12,936 nucleotides of DNA from a virus: the IMG/VR virus record IMGVR_UViG_3300045988_139237. The stretch is one strand, 5' to 3'. The notes beneath the pieces were generated by a model, which had not been told where the DNA came from, made no database searches, and worked only from the letters and a program-made list of their open reading frames with translations. This document shows, piece after piece, positions 12,882-12,936 of this stretch (within the stretch, counting starts at the first letter, position 1; every line of letters begins with the position of its first letter). The translations under genes and the position numbers were made by a program.

Positions 12882-12936
12882 TGTCCGTCGGAGACATACA
12901 CATGTGTCCGTCGGAGACATACACATGTGTCCGTGT
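12882..12936. repeat. Right inverted terminal repeat (55 bp)
   Basis: Exact reverse complement of 1-55. Confidence 0.95.

Larger units (their letters stand above)
1..12936. mobile_element. Complete linear genome of a small phi29-like protein-primed podophage (ITR to ITR)
   Basis: Perfect 55-bp inverted repeats sit at the two physical ends of the window. Protein-primed-type PolB, gp16-like ATPase, gp10-like portal, gp9-like knob and gp13-like lysin are all present. All genes are co-directional and there is no integrase. Confidence 0.8.

Noticed and set aside
1-12936. Lysogeny, mobile-element or host-derived cargo (integrase, repressor/antirepressor pair, transposase, toxin, tRNA, rRNA)
   Set aside because: No ORF shows recombinase, transposase or other such motifs by eye, and there is no free coding space left. 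The element looks strictly lytic. The early hypothetical proteins (159-389, 442-1026) could still be anti-host factors, but nothing in the sequence lets me assert that.

Overview
The window is bounded by a perfect 55-bp inverted terminal repeat (1-55 vs 12882-12936). It therefore looks like one complete linear dsDNA genome of 12,936 bp, not a chromosomal fragment. All 18 supported genes lie on the + strand and are tightly packed, with ATGA/TTGA start-stop overlaps and stop codons embedded in the next gene's Shine-Dalgarno. The SD sequences are long and Firmicute-type (AAGGAG, GGGGGTGA). Gene content is that of a minimal phi29-like, protein-primed, short-tailed phage. 159-3996 encodes small early proteins, a single-chain tandem ribbon-helix-helix regulator, a candidate terminal protein and a protein-primed family-B DNA polymerase. 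4060-5777 encodes two small proteins behind a strong promoter and a gp16-like packaging ATPase. 5887-12838 encodes a BhlA-like holin candidate, a free-standing SH3b protein, a scaffold-position protein, the major capsid protein, a gp9-like tail knob, a gp13-like tail lysozyme, a gp10-like portal, a collar-position protein and an SGNH-esterase tail appendage. Three promoters share one architecture (TTGACA, 17-bp spacer, TGn-extended -10), and one intrinsic terminator abuts the right ITR. I found no integrase, transposase, tRNA, rRNA or CRISPR. The most notable items are: (1) the ITR built from a 23-bp tandem unit with an ACAC terminus; (2) a roughly 90-nt multi-helix RNA element at the predicted 5' end of the third transcript, with an alternative fold that sequesters the holin SD; (3) a very short terminal-protein candidate; (4) a lysis module with no canonical endolysin; (5) the very small genome size and one-strand layout. 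All homology statements are by-eye motif recognition against remembered phi29 proteins, not database searches.
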